DNA of 64,000 nt, taken from positions 1,206 to 65,205 of the forward strand of contig JACIWU010000005.1 of NCBI GenBank assembly GCA_014360805.1. The letters run 5' to 3'. A program made the translations under genes and the position numbers. Position 1 is the stretch's first letter; the number at the start of each line of letters is the position of its first letter. Of the stretch, positions 43,567 through 52,522 are shown piece after piece. Origin of the DNA: Chloroflexota bacterium (GTDB lineage: Bacteria > Chloroflexota > Anaerolineae > DTLA01). The notes under the pieces were generated by a model. The model ran no database searches and was not told the origin of the DNA. It worked only from the letters and a program-made list of their open reading frames with translations.

Positions 43567-43602
43567 GCACTTCCGGAAGTGCGTCGCACCTCGGATCAGG
43601 GT
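43567..43602. repeat. Family C: perfect 36-bp palindrome gaggtgcgacgcacttccggaagtgcgtcgcacctc
   Basis: Exact reverse-complement identity over 36 nt, checked by hand. Confidence 0.85.
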
Positions 43603-43634
43603 CTCGGAGACTCTTGGGGTCTTGGAGATGCCAC

Positions 43635-44939
43635 TTATCGCCCGCCCGCGCCGCGGACGTCGCTAGGAGCCTCTGGCGCCGGAGGCGTTCGCGCGGACGC
43701 CCAGGGGACGTAGATTTCCCAGCGCTCGCGCAGGTAGGGGCGCTGGCGGATGAACGCCTCCGCCTGGCGCGCCACCACCCGCTCGGTCTCCTCAACGGAC
43801 ATCCCTTCCGTCTCCTGAAGGAACGCCAGTTGTCGGGCGGCGCATAGCGGGATGAGGGATTCCACCACCCGGTCGGGGTCGGCCTCTCCCTTGTTGTACA
43901 CGGTAACGAAGTCGTACACACAGCGCGCCCAAAGGTCGTCGGGGAAGCGGAAGCCCTCGGCCGGTTGATTCTGCAGTTCGCGTATCGCGTCCAGGTGCTC
44001 CGGGGTCAGAGCCACCTGCCACAGGCGGCGGTGGCGCTTGGATGGCTGGCGGAACCGCTCGCCAAGGTACGCCTCGGTGAGGATGCCCCGGTCCGGCGCT
44101 TCCAGCGGCGTGCTGCCGAGGACGGGCGTGGGCTGCACCGCCGGGAAGGTAAGCCACGTCTTGCGGAACACGTATGCTATGCGGAACAGCGTCCCCGCCA
44201 TCTGCGCGAACGCCTGATCGGTGGTGGAGGACGGTTCGCGCGATTCGTGCCTGCGCGTGCCCAGCGCGACCTGGCCGATGCGTCGCCCCTCCTGGACGGC
44301 GACGGCGGTCATCCAGACGCCCACGCCCGCCCTGGCCACCTCCGTCTCCCAGACATCCTTGTCGGCGAAGTGGCCTGCCAGTTCGCCCGACACGCCCAGC
44401 ACATCGGCGGTGGGCTGGCGCACATCGCGCCCCAGGAGCGCACGGAGGAGGGGATAGGCGATGAGGTCTATGGGGCCGCTCTCGGTGCGCGGATAGGTGT
44501 AGTACGGGGTAACGTATTCGTACTCGCCCGAGAGGATGGGGCCGGCGAGAGCCTGCACCCACCAGGGCGGCACGCCCTTCAACTCTCCGTCCAGGATGAT
44601 GCAGGCGTCGGCCTCCAGGGCCATGGTCATCTGGAAGATGGCGCGCACTGCGCTGCCCCGCCCCGTAACGCCGTGGTAGCCGGTTACGATGCGCTTCACG
44701 TTGTCGGGCATGGGCGGGGCCGATGCCGCCGCCACGGTGTCGTCGGTGGAACCCCCATCGGCCACCACGAGCACCGTACGCAGGTCCGGATAGTGCGCGG
44801 CGAGGCCCATGGACACCTGTTGCACAAGGGCGGCAATCGTTTTCGCGTTGCGGTAGGCAGGGATGCCTGCGACAAGGTCTGCCCTGCCGATCTGCCGGAT
44901 GCGCCGCCTGGCGTCGGCCCTGAGGGCTGTCTCAAACAT
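43635..44939 (-). CDS. GT-A fold glycosyltransferase (family-2-like / glycosyl-3-phosphoglycerate-synthase-like)
   Basis: N-terminal LVAGIPAYRNAKTIAALV...LVVADGGSTDDT is the nucleotide-sugar binding part of GT-A enzymes. 434 aa. Confidence 0.55.
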   Translation of the reverse strand: MFETALRADARRRIRQIGRADLVAGIPAYRNAKTIAALVQQVSMGLAAHYPDLRTVLVVADGGSTDDTVAAASAPPMPDNVKRIVTGYHGVTGRGSAVRAIFQMTMALEADACIILDGELKGVPPWWVQALAGPILSGEYEYVTPYYTYPRTESGPIDLIAYPLLRALLGRDVRQPTADVLGVSGELAGHFADKDVWETEVARAGVGVWMTAVAVQEGRRIGQVALGTRRHESREPSSTTDQAFAQMAGTLFRIAYVFRKTWLTFPAVQPTPVLGSTPLEAPDRGILTEAYLGERFRQPSKRHRRLWQVALTPEHLDAIRELQNQPAEGFRFPDDLWARCVYDFVTVYNKGEADPDRVVESLIPLCAARQLAFLQETEGMSVEETERVVARQAEAFIRQRPYLRERWEIYVPWASARTPPAPEAPSDVRGAGGR

Positions 44940-44968
44940 GACGGTTCCTCCTCAGTGCATCGCGTAGT

Positions 44969-46351
44969 CTAGCCCACGAGGACAAACGCAAGGTCGTTCA
45001 CGTTCGTTCCCGTGGGGCCGGTTATCACAGGATCTCCCAGAGCCTGGAAGAATCGGTACGAGTCATTGTTGCGCAGGAAGTCCTTGGCCACGAGGCCGGC
45101 TGCGCGGGCGCGGGCCACCGTCTCGCCGGTAACAAAAGCGCCCGCCGCATCGGTGGGGCCGTCGCCGCCGTCGGTCGCCAGAGTGGCCAAAGCGACGCCG
45201 CTCCACCCCTCCAGGGCGATGGCCGCCGCCAGGGCCAGTTCCTGATTGCGGCCGCCTGTGCCGTCGCCCGTTACGGTAACGGTGGTCTCGCCGCCGGTGA
45301 CGATGCACGCAGGGAGCGGGACCGGATTACCGCTGTGCACGCACTCCTTGGCGATGGCCGCCAAGACACGGGCCACATGGCAGGCCTCGCCTTCCAGGTA
45401 CGTCGTCAGCAGGAGCGCGTTGTATCCCCGGCTGCGCGCCTCGGCCACCGCCGCCGACGCCGCGATTTCGTTGCTGCCGATGATGACATTGTGCACGTTG
45501 CGGAAGGCGATGTCGCCCTCCTTGGGGGTTTCGGGGATAGCGCCCGCCAGCCCCGCTTGCAGGCGCCCCCGGATGCTCGGATTCAGGCCGCGGATGAGGT
45601 TGTAACGCTCCAGAATGTCCCAGGCATCCGAAAACGTGGTCGGGTCGGACACCGTCGGGCCCGAGGCGACGACATCCAGCGGGCTGCCCACCACATCCGA
45701 CAGGATGAGCGAGATAGTCGTGGCCGGATACGCCAGCCGCGCCAGTTGGCCTCCCTTGACCAGCGACAAATGCTTGCGCACGCAGTTGATTTCGTTGATG
45801 GTCGCGCCCGACTTCAGCAGAGCCTGGGTCAGTTCCTGCAAGTCGGCCAGGTGTATGCCGCTGGCGGGAAGGGTCAACAGCGCCGACCCGCCCCCGGAGA
45901 TGAGGCAGATGACAAGGTCGCGAGGCCCAAGCGGCTCCAACAGGTCGGCGATTCGCTGCGCTCCGTGAAGCCCCGCCTCATCGGGCGTCGGATGGCTCGC
46001 CTCCACGATCTGGATGCGGCGGCCTTTGCCCCCAAAGACCTGCCCCCGCTTGGCGATCACCAGGCCCTCCGCGATGCGGTCGCCCAGGATCTCTTCCACC
46101 GCCTCGGCCATGGATGGCGTCGCCTTGCCCGCCCCGACCACCACAATCTTGCGAAACTGCCCCAGGTCATAGGCTCGGTCCTGCACGTAAAGCGTATCAT
46201 CGGCGAGGCGCAGCGCGGTCCGTATCGCCAGGCGGGGATCCACCGCGTCCAGCGCCGCGCGCATCAGCGCGGCCGCGTCCTCGCGGTGGCGGGTCTCCGT
46301 AGGGTTCTCTGCAATGGGGCGCACAAACCCGAAGGGCGTTGCCACGTTCAC
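44969..46351 (-). CDS. Glycerate 2-kinase, MOFRL family
   Basis: 460 aa. IVVVGAGKATPSMAEA, ICLISGGGSALL, VASGPT. Length and motifs fit GckA/TtuD-type glycerate kinase. Confidence 0.8.
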   Translation of the reverse strand: MNVATPFGFVRPIAENPTETRHREDAAALMRAALDAVDPRLAIRTALRLADDTLYVQDRAYDLGQFRKIVVVGAGKATPSMAEAVEEILGDRIAEGLVIAKRGQVFGGKGRRIQIVEASHPTPDEAGLHGAQRIADLLEPLGPRDLVICLISGGGSALLTLPASGIHLADLQELTQALLKSGATINEINCVRKHLSLVKGGQLARLAYPATTISLILSDVVGSPLDVVASGPTVSDPTTFSDAWDILERYNLIRGLNPSIRGRLQAGLAGAIPETPKEGDIAFRNVHNVIIGSNEIAASAAVAEARSRGYNALLLTTYLEGEACHVARVLAAIAKECVHSGNPVPLPACIVTGGETTVTVTGDGTGGRNQELALAAAIALEGWSGVALATLATDGGDGPTDAAGAFVTGETVARARAAGLVAKDFLRNNDSYRFFQALGDPVITGPTGTNVNDLAFVLVG

Positions 46352-46352
46352 C

Positions 46353-47693
46353 TCACTGCTGCCGGATTTTGTTCAGAGCCTGCTCGGCGGCCTGTCGGGG
46401 CGCGAGTTGGCCCTTGAGCACCTGACTGAGGGCGGTGTGCAGCGCCGACGCAACGGCGGGCGTCCTCAACGTCGATGGGCATGGGGTAGCCGCCTGGGCC
46501 ATGCCTAGCAAGAACTCGCTGTGGGCGGCGGACAGCCCTGCCAGAGGCCACGCGCCGGCCTGAGTGGGCACCAAATGGGCGGCCTCGCACCACGCCGATT
46601 GCGGCCCGACCTGGAGCACCCACGCCAGGAACTGGACAGCGGCCTGCTGCCTTTCGGGCGTCGGCGATACGATGGCCCACGACCACACGCGCGCCAGGGC
46701 GATGGGGCGCCCGTCGGCAGTGGGAAGGGCCGCCAAGTCCGCGTCGGCCAAGGCGGATGGATGGCCCCAAACCTGCGACGCCCAGACCTCGGCGAAATCG
46801 GCCCCGCCGGCCCTGTACAGATCCCAGACCTCGTCGCGATCCAAAGACAGCACCTGCGGGGCCAGCACGCCCTGATCGGCCAGCCCCCGATACGCCTCCA
46901 GAACGCGCGCGAGAAGCCGACTGTCCAGTGCCGCCTTGCCCTCTTCATCCACGAGCGCCCCGCCCAGGCCCACGTACTGGGCCAGCAGCGACCGCACCGC
47001 GGCATCCTCATCGCCGACGGCGAAGGCGTAGCGGCCCCCGCTTTCGGCGATGGCGCCCAAGGTGAGGGGCAAGGGCAGCGTCATGGGAGTACGATACACA
47101 AGGAGCGGGAAGTCCATCGCGAACGGGACGCCGCTCCCTGCCGCCTGGACATTCGCGAACAGCGCCCCGCGCACAGAGGGCGCCAGCACGTCCACGGGCT
47201 GGACGAGGCCCAGAGCCGCAACCTGCTCCAGGCTATCTTCGTCCAGCAGGATCAAGTCGGGGAGATAGGCCGGGGCAACCCGGCTGGCCCCAGCCAGCAA
47301 ATCCACCATGCCACCTTTGCCGTAGGTCTCCTTGACCGAGACGTGCACGCGAATGCCGGGATAGGCCTCGGCGAACCCCTGCAGGAGCGCGGCGTTGTCG
47401 GGCTGGGCAGCAAAGGCGAATTCGGACGACACCCAGATGTACAGGGTCATCTGCGATTGCACAGGCGTGGGCGAAGCCTGGCGCGCCGGAGAGGTGGGCA
47501 CCGTCGGCGCGGGGCCGGGGGCCGGCGTCTGGGTCGGCGCGGGGGCCGCCCCGCCACGACACGCGGCCAGCGCCACTGCCAGCGCGAGAGCCGCCACCGT
47601 CGTCAGCACGCTCGTGCGCGCCCCTCTGTTGGAGGCCGCGCAAATCGTGGGTTTCGGTTCCAACGCACTCCCAACCGCGCAATCCTGAGTCAT
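46353..47693 (-). CDS. Extracellular solute-binding lipoprotein (ABC transporter SBP, family-1-like)
   Basis: Lipobox LALAVALAAC. Pro/Thr/Ala linker. Alpha/beta core with a TLYIWVSSE start typical of SBP_bac_1. Confidence 0.55.
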   Translation of the reverse strand: MTQDCAVGSALEPKPTICAASNRGARTSVLTTVAALALAVALAACRGGAAPAPTQTPAPGPAPTVPTSPARQASPTPVQSQMTLYIWVSSEFAFAAQPDNAALLQGFAEAYPGIRVHVSVKETYGKGGMVDLLAGASRVAPAYLPDLILLDEDSLEQVAALGLVQPVDVLAPSVRGALFANVQAAGSGVPFAMDFPLLVYRTPMTLPLPLTLGAIAESGGRYAFAVGDEDAAVRSLLAQYVGLGGALVDEEGKAALDSRLLARVLEAYRGLADQGVLAPQVLSLDRDEVWDLYRAGGADFAEVWASQVWGHPSALADADLAALPTADGRPIALARVWSWAIVSPTPERQQAAVQFLAWVLQVGPQSAWCEAAHLVPTQAGAWPLAGLSAAHSEFLLGMAQAATPCPSTLRTPAVASALHTALSQVLKGQLAPRQAAEQALNKIRQQ

Positions 47694-47951
47694 GCTTCTG
47701 CCTTTATCCGAACGAGTGTCCTGCGAGCAGCCACCAAAAAGAAGGCTTCTTTGGCTTGGCGACGAGCATCCGCAGATTCCGCAGGGTTTCCGTGTCGTGC
47801 AAAACGGGTCAACCAGAGGCGCCCAGAAGATCCATCAAGGGCCCTGCGTTCATTATATCACACTTTTCCGCTTCTGGAGCAAGGAGTTTTGCATCGTTTT
47901 GGTTCAGGGCGCGCGGGCCATTCCCACGGGCACGCCTCACGCCATGGGCAT

Positions 47952-47984
47952 GAGTGCGACACACTTTCGGAAGTGCGTCGTGCC
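47952..47984. repeat. Family C imperfect palindrome gagtgcgacacactttcggaagtgcgtcgtgcc
   Basis: Shares the gtgcgtcg core and ttcgga loop with the other family C copies. Confidence 0.6.
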
Positions 47985-48021
47985 TTCGGTCGCTAACACA
48001 AGACGGAGCCGAATGCGAAAC

Positions 48022-48050
48022 TTGCATTTTCGTTGCACGTCGTGTAAACT
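48022..48050 (+). promoter_or_regulatory. Candidate recA promoter: TTGCAT, 17 bp spacer, TAAACT, with the overlapping imperfect palindrome TGTAAACTAATGTACA (48042..48057)
   Basis: About 45 nt upstream of the recA ATG. Confidence 0.4.
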
Positions 48051-48095
48051 AATGTACAGGTGCGATAGGCGATTGTGCACCGGGAGGAAGGACGT

Positions 48096-49175
48096 ATGCC
48101 AGAAGCAGGGCGAGAGAAAGCGCTAGAAACGACGCTCTTGGGGTTGCGGAAGCGGTTTGGGGATGGGGTCATCATGCGGCTGGGCGAAAGCACCGGCCTC
48201 AACGTGGATGCCATACCCACAGGCTCCATCGCACTGGACATCGCGCTTGGGGTGGGGGGCATCCCGCGCGGGCGCATCACCGAAATCTACGGCCCTGAAG
48301 CGTCGGGGAAGACGACCCTGTGCCAGCACATCATCGCCGAAGCACAAAAGCGAGGAGGCATTGCAGCATTTATTGACGTGGAGCACGCCCTGGATCCGGC
48401 GTATGCCCGCCGCTGCGGGGTGAACATTGACGAGTTGTACATCTCGCAGCCGGACACTGGCGAGCAGGCGCTGGAAATCGCGGAGGCGCTGGTGCGCAGC
48501 GGAGCGGTGGATGTCATCGTGGTTGACTCCGTTGCCGCGCTGGTGCCACGCGCCGAGATTGAAGGCGAAATGGGCGATGCTCACATGGGGTTGCAGGCAC
48601 GGCTGATGTCGCAGGCCCTGCGGAAACTCGCGGGCGCCATCAAGCGATCCAACACAGCCGTCGTGTTCACCAACCAGTTGCGGATGAAAATAGGAGTGCT
48701 TTTCGGCAATCCAGAAACCACGCCTGGCGGGAATGCCCTGAAGTTCTACGCGTCGGTGCGGCTGGACATGCGCCGACTGGAAGCCATCAAGCAAGGCGGC
48801 GCGGTGGTCGGAAACCGCGTCAAGGTGAGCGTCAAGAAGAACAAGGTAGCGCCGCCGTTCCGAGTGGCCGAATTTGAAATCATGTTTGACGAGGGCATCT
48901 CCCGCACGGGAGACCTCCTGGATGTGGCAACGGCGCTGGGCGTCGTGGAAAAGCGCGGCGCCTTCTACTCCTATGGCGACTTGCGACTGGGACAGGGACG
49001 CGACAACGCGAAAGCGTTCTTGGCCGAGAACCCCGACCTGTTTGCAGAAATAGACCACAAAGTCCGTGACATCGCAGGCTTGACACGGCAGGGAGGTGCA
49101 GCGTCGGGGCCCTTCTCCGCAGAAGGGGATGAAGACTTAGAAGACATAGAAGGCACAGAAGAAAGCGACGAATAA
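48096..49175 (+). CDS. recA: Recombinase RecA (start at MPEAG; GGAGG 8 nt upstream)
   Basis: [17 protein letters not shown] Walker [20 protein letters not shown]. Acidic C-terminal tail. Confidence 0.97.
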   Translation: MPEAGREKALETTLLGLRKRFGDGVIMRLGESTGLNVDAIPTGSIALDIALGVGGIPRGRITEIYGPEASGKTTLCQHIIAEAQKRGGIAAFIDVEHALDPAYARRCGVNIDELYISQPDTGEQALEIAEALVRSGAVDVIVVDSVAALVPRAEIEGEMGDAHMGLQARLMSQALRKLAGAIKRSNTAVVFTNQLRMKIGVLFGNPETTPGGNALKFYASVRLDMRRLEAIKQGGAVVGNRVKVSVKKNKVAPPFRVAEFEIMFDEGISRTGDLLDVATALGVVEKRGAFYSYGDLRLGQGRDNAKAFLAENPDLFAEIDHKVRDIAGLTRQGGAASGPFSAEGDEDLEDIEGTEESDE

Positions 49176-49540
49176 TCACCTGGCTGAGTGCAACACCGTT
49201 GCTGATTTTCACCGAGACAGGACGCCATGCGTTCACGAGCCGCCGCGACAGCAGGCGACTCGTGTGAGCGACGCAATGCGGGCTTCGCCCACAGGCAGGG
49301 CAAGCCCTGGCAAGCAAAGAGGTCTATATGGAAAACCCTTTGCCCGACCATTGTGAGCAGGGCAAGGTCTGTGTACAACATCTGAACAGCGCGGTGCGGA
49401 TGGGGAGCGACGCCAGACCGTAGCGCGGTCTCGCAGGCCCCCTATCCGCCAATTCCATATACTTCTTTTTCCGAGTCAGTGCGAAAATCAGCCATGGCAC
49501 TCCGCCATGGCTGCTTGCGTTTCAGGGGTCTGCCAGAAAA

Positions 49541-50194
49541 GTGAGCATGCACGAAATCACGGCGCTGGAGGCGCAAAAGCGCAACAAAGAGCGGGTCAAC
49601 CTGCACCTGGACGGGACCTATGCATTCAGCATCACCGCCCTGGAGGCGGCCCGCCTGAAGGTGGGGCAACGCCTGTCCGACGCCGAAGTGGCGCGACTGA
49701 GGGCGCAGGCCGAGGTTGACCGCGCCTACGACCGCACCCTGCGCTTCCTGACGTACAGGCCCAGAAGCGAGGCGGAGGTCGCCAAGTACTTGGCATCCAA
49801 AGGCGTGGATGAGAGCGTGCGGGCCGAGATCATGGCGAAACTGCGCCGCCTGAACTTGGTGGACGACGAGGCGTTCGTCCGCTTCTGGGTGGAGAGCCGC
49901 GAGCAGAGCCATCCCCTGGGCCGCATGGCGCTTCGGGCCGAACTGCGGCTCAAGGGAGTGCGCGACGAGACGATAGAACGCGCCCTGCAGGCGCTGGACG
50001 AAGAGGAAAGCGCCTACCGCGCCGCGCGCAAGCAGGCCCGACGCTACGCAGATTTGAACGACGAACAGGCCCAAGCCAAACTTGGCGCATTCTTGGTTCG
50101 CAGAGGTTTCCCCTACACGGTGGCCAGGGCCACCGTGAAGCGGCTGGTGGAAGAATCGGCCGCTGAGGGTACACTAGAGGAAAGAGAGGACTGA
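49541..50194 (+). CDS. recX: Regulatory protein RecX
   Basis: Three-helix repeat RecX family, about 215 aa (YALRLLSYRPRSEAE-like motif: RTLRFLTYRPRSEAEV). recA-recX linkage. Confidence 0.8.
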   Translation: MSMHEITALEAQKRNKERVNLHLDGTYAFSITALEAARLKVGQRLSDAEVARLRAQAEVDRAYDRTLRFLTYRPRSEAEVAKYLASKGVDESVRAEIMAKLRRLNLVDDEAFVRFWVESREQSHPLGRMALRAELRLKGVRDETIERALQALDEEESAYRAARKQARRYADLNDEQAQAKLGAFLVRRGFPYTVARATVKRLVEESAAEGTLEERED

Positions 50195-50197
50195 AAT

Positions 50198-51739
50198 ATG
50201 AACGGTGGAGGACGAGTCATCTGGATCGCTGTGGAGGTCATTGTTGCGGCACTCCTGGGCGGCGGCCTGGGCTATCTCGTCGCCCAGTACCTGAACAAGA
50301 CCCGCATGCGCGAAAAGGAAGAACGCGCCCAGATGCTCATCGCCGAGGCCGAGGCCAAGGCGAAGGATATCATCATCCAAGCGAAAGACGCCGCCCTGAA
50401 ACTCCGCGAGAGCGCTGAGGCGGAGATAGAAAGGCGGCGCCAGGACTTGCAACGCCAGGAGGAGCGGCTCCAGCAACGACGCGAGTCGCTGGATCGGCGC
50501 ATGGAGAACTTGGAGAACCGCGAGCGGAAACTGGATCAGCGTCAGAGCAGAATTGACAAGATGGAAAGCGAGATCCAGCAGTTGCATGACCAGCGGATCA
50601 AGGAACTGGAGCGCATCGCCGCCATGACCCAAGAGGAGGCCAAGCAGTTGCTCCTGGAAATGGTGGAGCAGAGCGCGCGCCAGGACGCCGCTCGCATCAT
50701 CCGCGAGGTGGAGGCCGAAGCGCGAGAGCAGGCCGAGGAGAAGGCGCGGGAAATCATCACCGTTGCCATCCAGCGCCTGGCATCCGACCAGGTGTCGGAG
50801 ACAACCGTCTCCGTCGTGCCGCTGCCCAACGATGAGATGAAGGGGCGCATCATCGGGCGCGGCGGCCGCAACATCCGCGCCATTGAGAACGCCACGGGCG
50901 TTGACCTCATCGTGGACGACACGCCCGAGGCCGTAACCATCTCCAGTTTTGATCCTGTGCGACGCGAAATCGCGCGCCTCGCCTTGAGCAAGTTGATCAC
51001 CGACGGCCGCATTCATCCCGCCCGCATTGAGAAACTGGTGAAAAAGGCCGAGCAGGAAGTGGAAGCCATCATCCGCGAGGACGGCGAGCGCGCCGCCCTG
51101 GAGGTGGGCGTGCACGGGCTGCGGCCCGAACTCATCAACCTCATCGGGCGGCTGCGCTACCGCACCAGTTACGGGCAGAACGTGTACCTGCACTCGCTGG
51201 AGTCGGCCCACCTGGCGGGCATGATGGCGGCGGAACTGGGCGCGAACGTGCAGGTCGCCAAGATGGGCGCCCTGCTCCACGACATCGGCAAGGCCGTGGA
51301 CCACGAAGTGGAAGGGCCTCATGCCATCGTGGGCGCCGAGATCGCCCGCCGCTACGGCGTCAGCCCTGATGTGGTGAACTGCATCGCAGGCCACCATAAT
51401 GAAGAAGAGCCGCAGAGCCTGGAAGCCATCATCGTCCAGGCCGCGGACGCCATCTCCGGCGCACGGCCCGGCGCTCGCCGCGAGAGCCTGGAAGCCTACG
51501 TGAAGCGTATCAAGGCGCTGGAAGAAGTGGCCAACTCCTTCCCGGGCGTGGCGCAGTCCTTCGCCATCCAGGCCGGCCGCGAAATCCGTATCATCGTGAA
51601 GCCGGAGGAGATAGACGACCTGGCGGCGATTGAACTGTCCAAGAACATCGCCCGGAAGATAGAGGAGAGCCTGGAATACCCCGGGCAAATCAAAATCTCC
51701 GTGATCCGCGAAACGCGCGCGGTGGAGTACGCCAAGTAG
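50198..51739 (+). CDS. rny: Ribonuclease Y
   Basis: N-terminal TM, coiled coil, KH domain ([15 protein letters not shown]), HD domain ([11 protein letters not shown]). Confidence 0.93.
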   Translation: MNGGGRVIWIAVEVIVAALLGGGLGYLVAQYLNKTRMREKEERAQMLIAEAEAKAKDIIIQAKDAALKLRESAEAEIERRRQDLQRQEERLQQRRESLDRRMENLENRERKLDQRQSRIDKMESEIQQLHDQRIKELERIAAMTQEEAKQLLLEMVEQSARQDAARIIREVEAEAREQAEEKAREIITVAIQRLASDQVSETTVSVVPLPNDEMKGRIIGRGGRNIRAIENATGVDLIVDDTPEAVTISSFDPVRREIARLALSKLITDGRIHPARIEKLVKKAEQEVEAIIREDGERAALEVGVHGLRPELINLIGRLRYRTSYGQNVYLHSLESAHLAGMMAAELGANVQVAKMGALLHDIGKAVDHEVEGPHAIVGAEIARRYGVSPDVVNCIAGHHNEEEPQSLEAIIVQAADAISGARPGARRESLEAYVKRIKALEEVANSFPGVAQSFAIQAGREIRIIVKPEEIDDLAAIELSKNIARKIEESLEYPGQIKISVIRETRAVEYAK

Positions 51740-51889
51740 CCCATCGCCGCCACGCACTGCGCGGCCAAGACCTTGAGGGCATCCGAGGCCCTCAAGGTCT
51801 CTGTCCCCGCCCGCGCACTCGGTTCCAAACTCCGTTGGTCGCAGCACAGGTACAAGTGCGTCGCGCCTCGCTCACCAACACAATAGACA

Positions 51890-51943
51890 CGTAGGGCGGC
51901 TTTCCATAGCCACCGAAGGGCAGGTATGGAAACCTGCCCTACG
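51890..51943. repeat. Family A double-hairpin repeat (canonical orientation)
   Basis: cgtagggcggctttccatagccaccgaagggcaggtatggaaacctgccctacg. Confidence 0.8.
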
Positions 51944-52022
51944 CTCTTTGCCTTTCATGCTGCCGCCCATCGTTCCGACAAGTTTGCACCGAAAGGTATA
52001 CACACCCCCTCCCCGGAAAGCC

Positions 52023-52052
52023 TTGACGCCGTCTTCCAACATGTGCTATAAT
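52023..52052 (+). promoter_or_regulatory. Candidate promoter: TTGACG, 18 bp spacer, extended -10 TGcTATAAT
   Basis: About 50 nt upstream of the 52110 ATG. GGAGG RBS at 52097. Confidence 0.5.
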
Positions 52053-52109
52053 CCTACTGCACGTGGGGAAAGCGGTTGGAGGGCTTGCATGCGCAGAGGA
52101 GGTGGCACC

Positions 52110-52475
52110 ATGTGGCAATTCCTGGCCGGTCTTGTTGTGGGTCTTGCCCTGGGCTGGTGGCTGGACTGGTACCTGGGCCGCGAAGACGCGCGTGCGCTGC
52201 GCGCCGAGGTCGCCGAAAAGAATGCCACCATCGCCAAACTCCAAAAGGAACTCCTGGCATCCAAGCAGGGCGAGGTACGCGCAGCACCCAAGCCGGAGGC
52301 GGCGCCCCCTGCGCCTGCGGCGGCGGAAGGCACCGTTACCGCCTACTGCGTGAAGTGCCGCGCCAAGCGACCCATGCAGAACCCCCGCCGCGTTACCTTG
52401 AGCAACGGGCGGCCCGCGCTCAAGGGCACCTGCCCCGTCTGCAACACCGGCATGTTCCGCACCATCAAGTTGTAG
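52110..52475 (+). CDS. Small membrane protein with a C-terminal zinc-ribbon (DUF5679-like). Start at MWQFLAG
   Basis: N-terminal TM (FLAGLVVGLALGWWL), coiled coil, Ala/Pro linker. C-terminal module YCVKCRAKRPMQNPRRVTLSNGRPALKGTCPVCNTGMFR. Confidence 0.6.
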   Translation: MWQFLAGLVVGLALGWWLDWYLGREDARALRAEVAEKNATIAKLQKELLASKQGEVRAAPKPEAAPPAPAAAEGTVTAYCVKCRAKRPMQNPRRVTLSNGRPALKGTCPVCNTGMFRTIKL

Positions 52476-52522
52476 GTGCGGTTACCGCACCGAGAGCGGG
52501 CTGGATTGCGAGGAGAACAACT

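Noticed and set aside
41856-43589. In-frame 155-codon N-terminal extension of serS, with similar upstream extensions on the GH gene (to 18422), nuoI (to 6173), nuoK, murA (from 37019), the phosphoesterase, the nitroreductase and holB
   Set aside because: The extensions are R/G/P/S-rich, overlap neighbouring genes or promoters, and lack RBSs. Strong SD sequences and family-conserved N-termini sit at the internal starts I chose.
47990-48075. Cheo-box (CGAACNNNNGTTCG) or E. coli-type SOS box upstream of recA
   Set aside because: Neither motif is present. Only a TGTA-N8-TACA imperfect palindrome is seen. It is kept as a low-confidence finding.
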